26,478 nt of DNA from Nitrospirota bacterium. Lineage in GTDB: Bacteria; Nitrospirota; CAKKRA01; 9FT-COMBO-42-15. The DNA is taken from the NCBI GenBank assembly GCA_016195585.1, contig JACPZJ010000178.1, positions 1-26,478 on the forward strand, written 5' to 3'. Position numbers and translations under genes: made by a program. This document shows positions 24,120 through 26,478 of the stretch, piece after piece. The notes beneath the pieces are model-generated. The model was given only the letters and a program-made list of their open reading frames with translations. It made no database searches and was not told where the DNA came from. Every line of letters starts with the position of its first letter. Position 1 is the first letter of the stretch.

Positions 24120-25177
24120 TGAAGAATCTCTGGTATCTCCTTATCTCATTAAGATTAGGCATCTATCTTATTCTTGTCTTTGTGTTTGTGGCTCTAATAG
24201 GTTCATTTATCATGCAGGGGAATCCTCTGCTTGATGGGATAAATCAGGAGGTCTTATTTAAATGGTTATATGCCTATGGACTAACAAATATTAAGGCAAG
24301 CTGGTGGCTCTTTGCCCTGATATTAATTACATTCCTTCTCGGCATAAATACAGTCCTTTGCAATACAGACAGATTTTTTTCGCTTTTTGCCCTCAGAAAG
24401 CGGTTGAGAAAGAGGCTATGGATAGAGTTATCTTCTTATGCAATGCATCTCGGTTTTCTTATTGTTTTGGTCGGACATTTAATAAGCAGCACAACTGGAT
24501 TTAAGTCAAAGGGGAATATTGCATATCAGGGCGTCCCTCTTAAGGTTCCTTATATGGACTATTACATCAGACTTGATGATCTGAAGGTTGAATATTATCC
24601 CAATGGTTATCCTAAAGACTTTGAGAGCAAGCTGACTGTAATAGAAGATGGAAGGGATGTATTAAATAAAGCCGTAATGGTTAACCATCCGCTTTCACAT
24701 AAGGGCGCATATCTTTATCAGGTAGATTCAGGCGAGGCTGTGTCCGGTGCGAATCTTTTGATTGGCGGGGAAAAGGAAGGCAAGATATACTCACTGGGTT
24801 TTGATGAGAAAATAGCCCTCCCGGAGACAGGATATTCTTTGCAAATAGGAAGATTATTCCCTGATTTTGATACAACCTCTGATGGCGAGGCCTATTCAAG
24901 AAGCCCGCAATTCAATAATCCTGCGGTTGAACTCCTTTTATATAAGGATGATCAGTTAGTATCCAAAAGCTGGGCCTTTTACAGGGATTTTAAAAGGGAG
25001 CCCTTCAGCGGCACAAAGACAAGGGTATTTTTAGTTGGTTTTCCAGCCAAAAAATATGTTATACTTGATGTCCAGAAGGATGAGGGCGCCTTTATAGCTC
25101 TTGCAGGCTCTCTGATTTTTTTATCCTCATCATTAATCTATTTTACCTTAAAAAAATATAAATACAGGGAGGTTTAA
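24119..25177 (+). CDS. resB: ResB/Ccs1-like cytochrome c biogenesis protein (system II)
   Basis: SLRLGIYL..TM1, SWWLF..TM2, MHLGFLIVLVG (conserved His at TM3), periplasmic domain with F.S.L and VNHPL, C-terminal TM. TAATG overlap with DUF488. Confidence 0.8.
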   Translation: MKNLWYLLISLRLGIYLILVFVFVALIGSFIMQGNPLLDGINQEVLFKWLYAYGLTNIKASWWLFALILITFLLGINTVLCNTDRFFSLFALRKRLRKRLWIELSSYAMHLGFLIVLVGHLISSTTGFKSKGNIAYQGVPLKVPYMDYYIRLDDLKVEYYPNGYPKDFESKLTVIEDGRDVLNKAVMVNHPLSHKGAYLYQVDSGEAVSGANLLIGGEKEGKIYSLGFDEKIALPETGYSLQIGRLFPDFDTTSDGEAYSRSPQFNNPAVELLLYKDDQLVSKSWAFYRDFKREPFSGTKTRVFLVGFPAKKYVILDVQKDEGAFIALAGSLIFLSSSLIYFTLKKYKYREV

Positions 25178-25182
25178 GGGGT

Positions 25183-25836
25183 ATGAGATTTAAAGGATTT
25201 GTTTTACCATTTTTTCTGCTCTTTTCTCTGTTTGCAATACCGTTTTCTGCCCGTGCCGGAATTATCAGTGATGTGGAGACCATAACTAATGACCCTGCGG
25301 GGAAAGAGATAAAAACCATTAGAAAATATTTCTCCGATGGCAAGAATATCCGCTATGAAGAAGAGACGAAAGAGGGCAAGGTAATTGAGATACTGAATTA
25401 TGATACCAAAAAGAAATATGTTGTATATGATGCCCTAAAGGTGTACATCCTTCAGGATCTGACAAAGGAAGAGGACATGATAAAAGATGCCCTGAAAATG
25501 GAAGATACTGTTGATGAAAATAAAAAGACCAAAGATGCAAAAAAGGAGCAGACCGGGAAAAAGCCTGTGAAGACCGTAGAAAAGAAAAAAACAGGGGAAG
25601 AGGATTATGAAGGATATAAGTGCGCTATTTATGAGATAAAGATAACAATAGTGGGCAGGATGACGCAGAGCACAGTCTGGGTGGCAAAGGAACTGAATGA
25701 TCTGATTGTGAAGTCGGAAAATATTTCCTATCTCGGCATAAAGACCTCTATAATATATAAAAACATCAGGAAGGCAGATATTGAGCAGCCCCTCTTTCTT
25801 CCGCCAAAGGACTATAAGAGCATGAGCCCCTATTAA
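25183..25836 (+). CDS. Exported DUF4412-like protein
   Basis: Signal peptide ending SARA; GEEDYEGYKCAIYE..VWVAKEL..LFLPPKDYK pattern. Confidence 0.65.
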   Translation: MRFKGFVLPFFLLFSLFAIPFSARAGIISDVETITNDPAGKEIKTIRKYFSDGKNIRYEEETKEGKVIEILNYDTKKKYVVYDALKVYILQDLTKEEDMIKDALKMEDTVDENKKTKDAKKEQTGKKPVKTVEKKKTGEEDYEGYKCAIYEIKITIVGRMTQSTVWVAKELNDLIVKSENISYLGIKTSIIYKNIRKADIEQPLFLPPKDYKSMSPY

Positions 25837-25847
25837 AGGGATTTTTC

Positions 25848-26478
<631 letters not shown>

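Noticed and set aside
127-24899. Numerous short antisense or overlapping ORFs in the track (for example 497..787, 6583..6945, 9212..9583, 11882..12319, 22338..22778)
   Set aside because: They are shadows of well-supported genes on the other strand or frame, with no motifs or SD.

Overview
Bacterial genomic window, AT-rich (low-40s %GC by eye). Lipoproteins, a TonB-type protein, ResB-type cytochrome c maturation and sigma54/IHF promoters point to a diderm, plausibly Desulfobacterota/Nitrospirota-like (inference). Bases 1-10.7 kb are a cytochrome c island with 29 CxxCH motifs. It holds three tandem OmcE-family (Geobacter nanowire-type) paralogs, one tetraheme and two with an extra fifth heme, interleaved with an NHL beta-propeller lipoprotein. 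It also has an RCC1 propeller, a stand-alone Reg_prop-type propeller, a three-heme class I cytochrome split by a frameshift at an A9 tract (and carrying an in-frame T15 tract), and four tandem c7-type trihemes, two of them lipoproteins. The intergenic DNA shows sigma54 promoters, IHF sites, a recurring 18-bp palindrome (5 copies) and many REP-like palindromes. The rest encodes an HD hydrolase, a TPR-TPR-TonB set, an exported TldD-like protease, a MoxR-DUF58-transglutaminase module, DUF488, an orphan ResB, a DUF4412-like protein and the 5' part of purA. No rRNA, tRNA, CRISPR array, transposase or integrase was seen. No searches were run: family calls rest on motif recognition.
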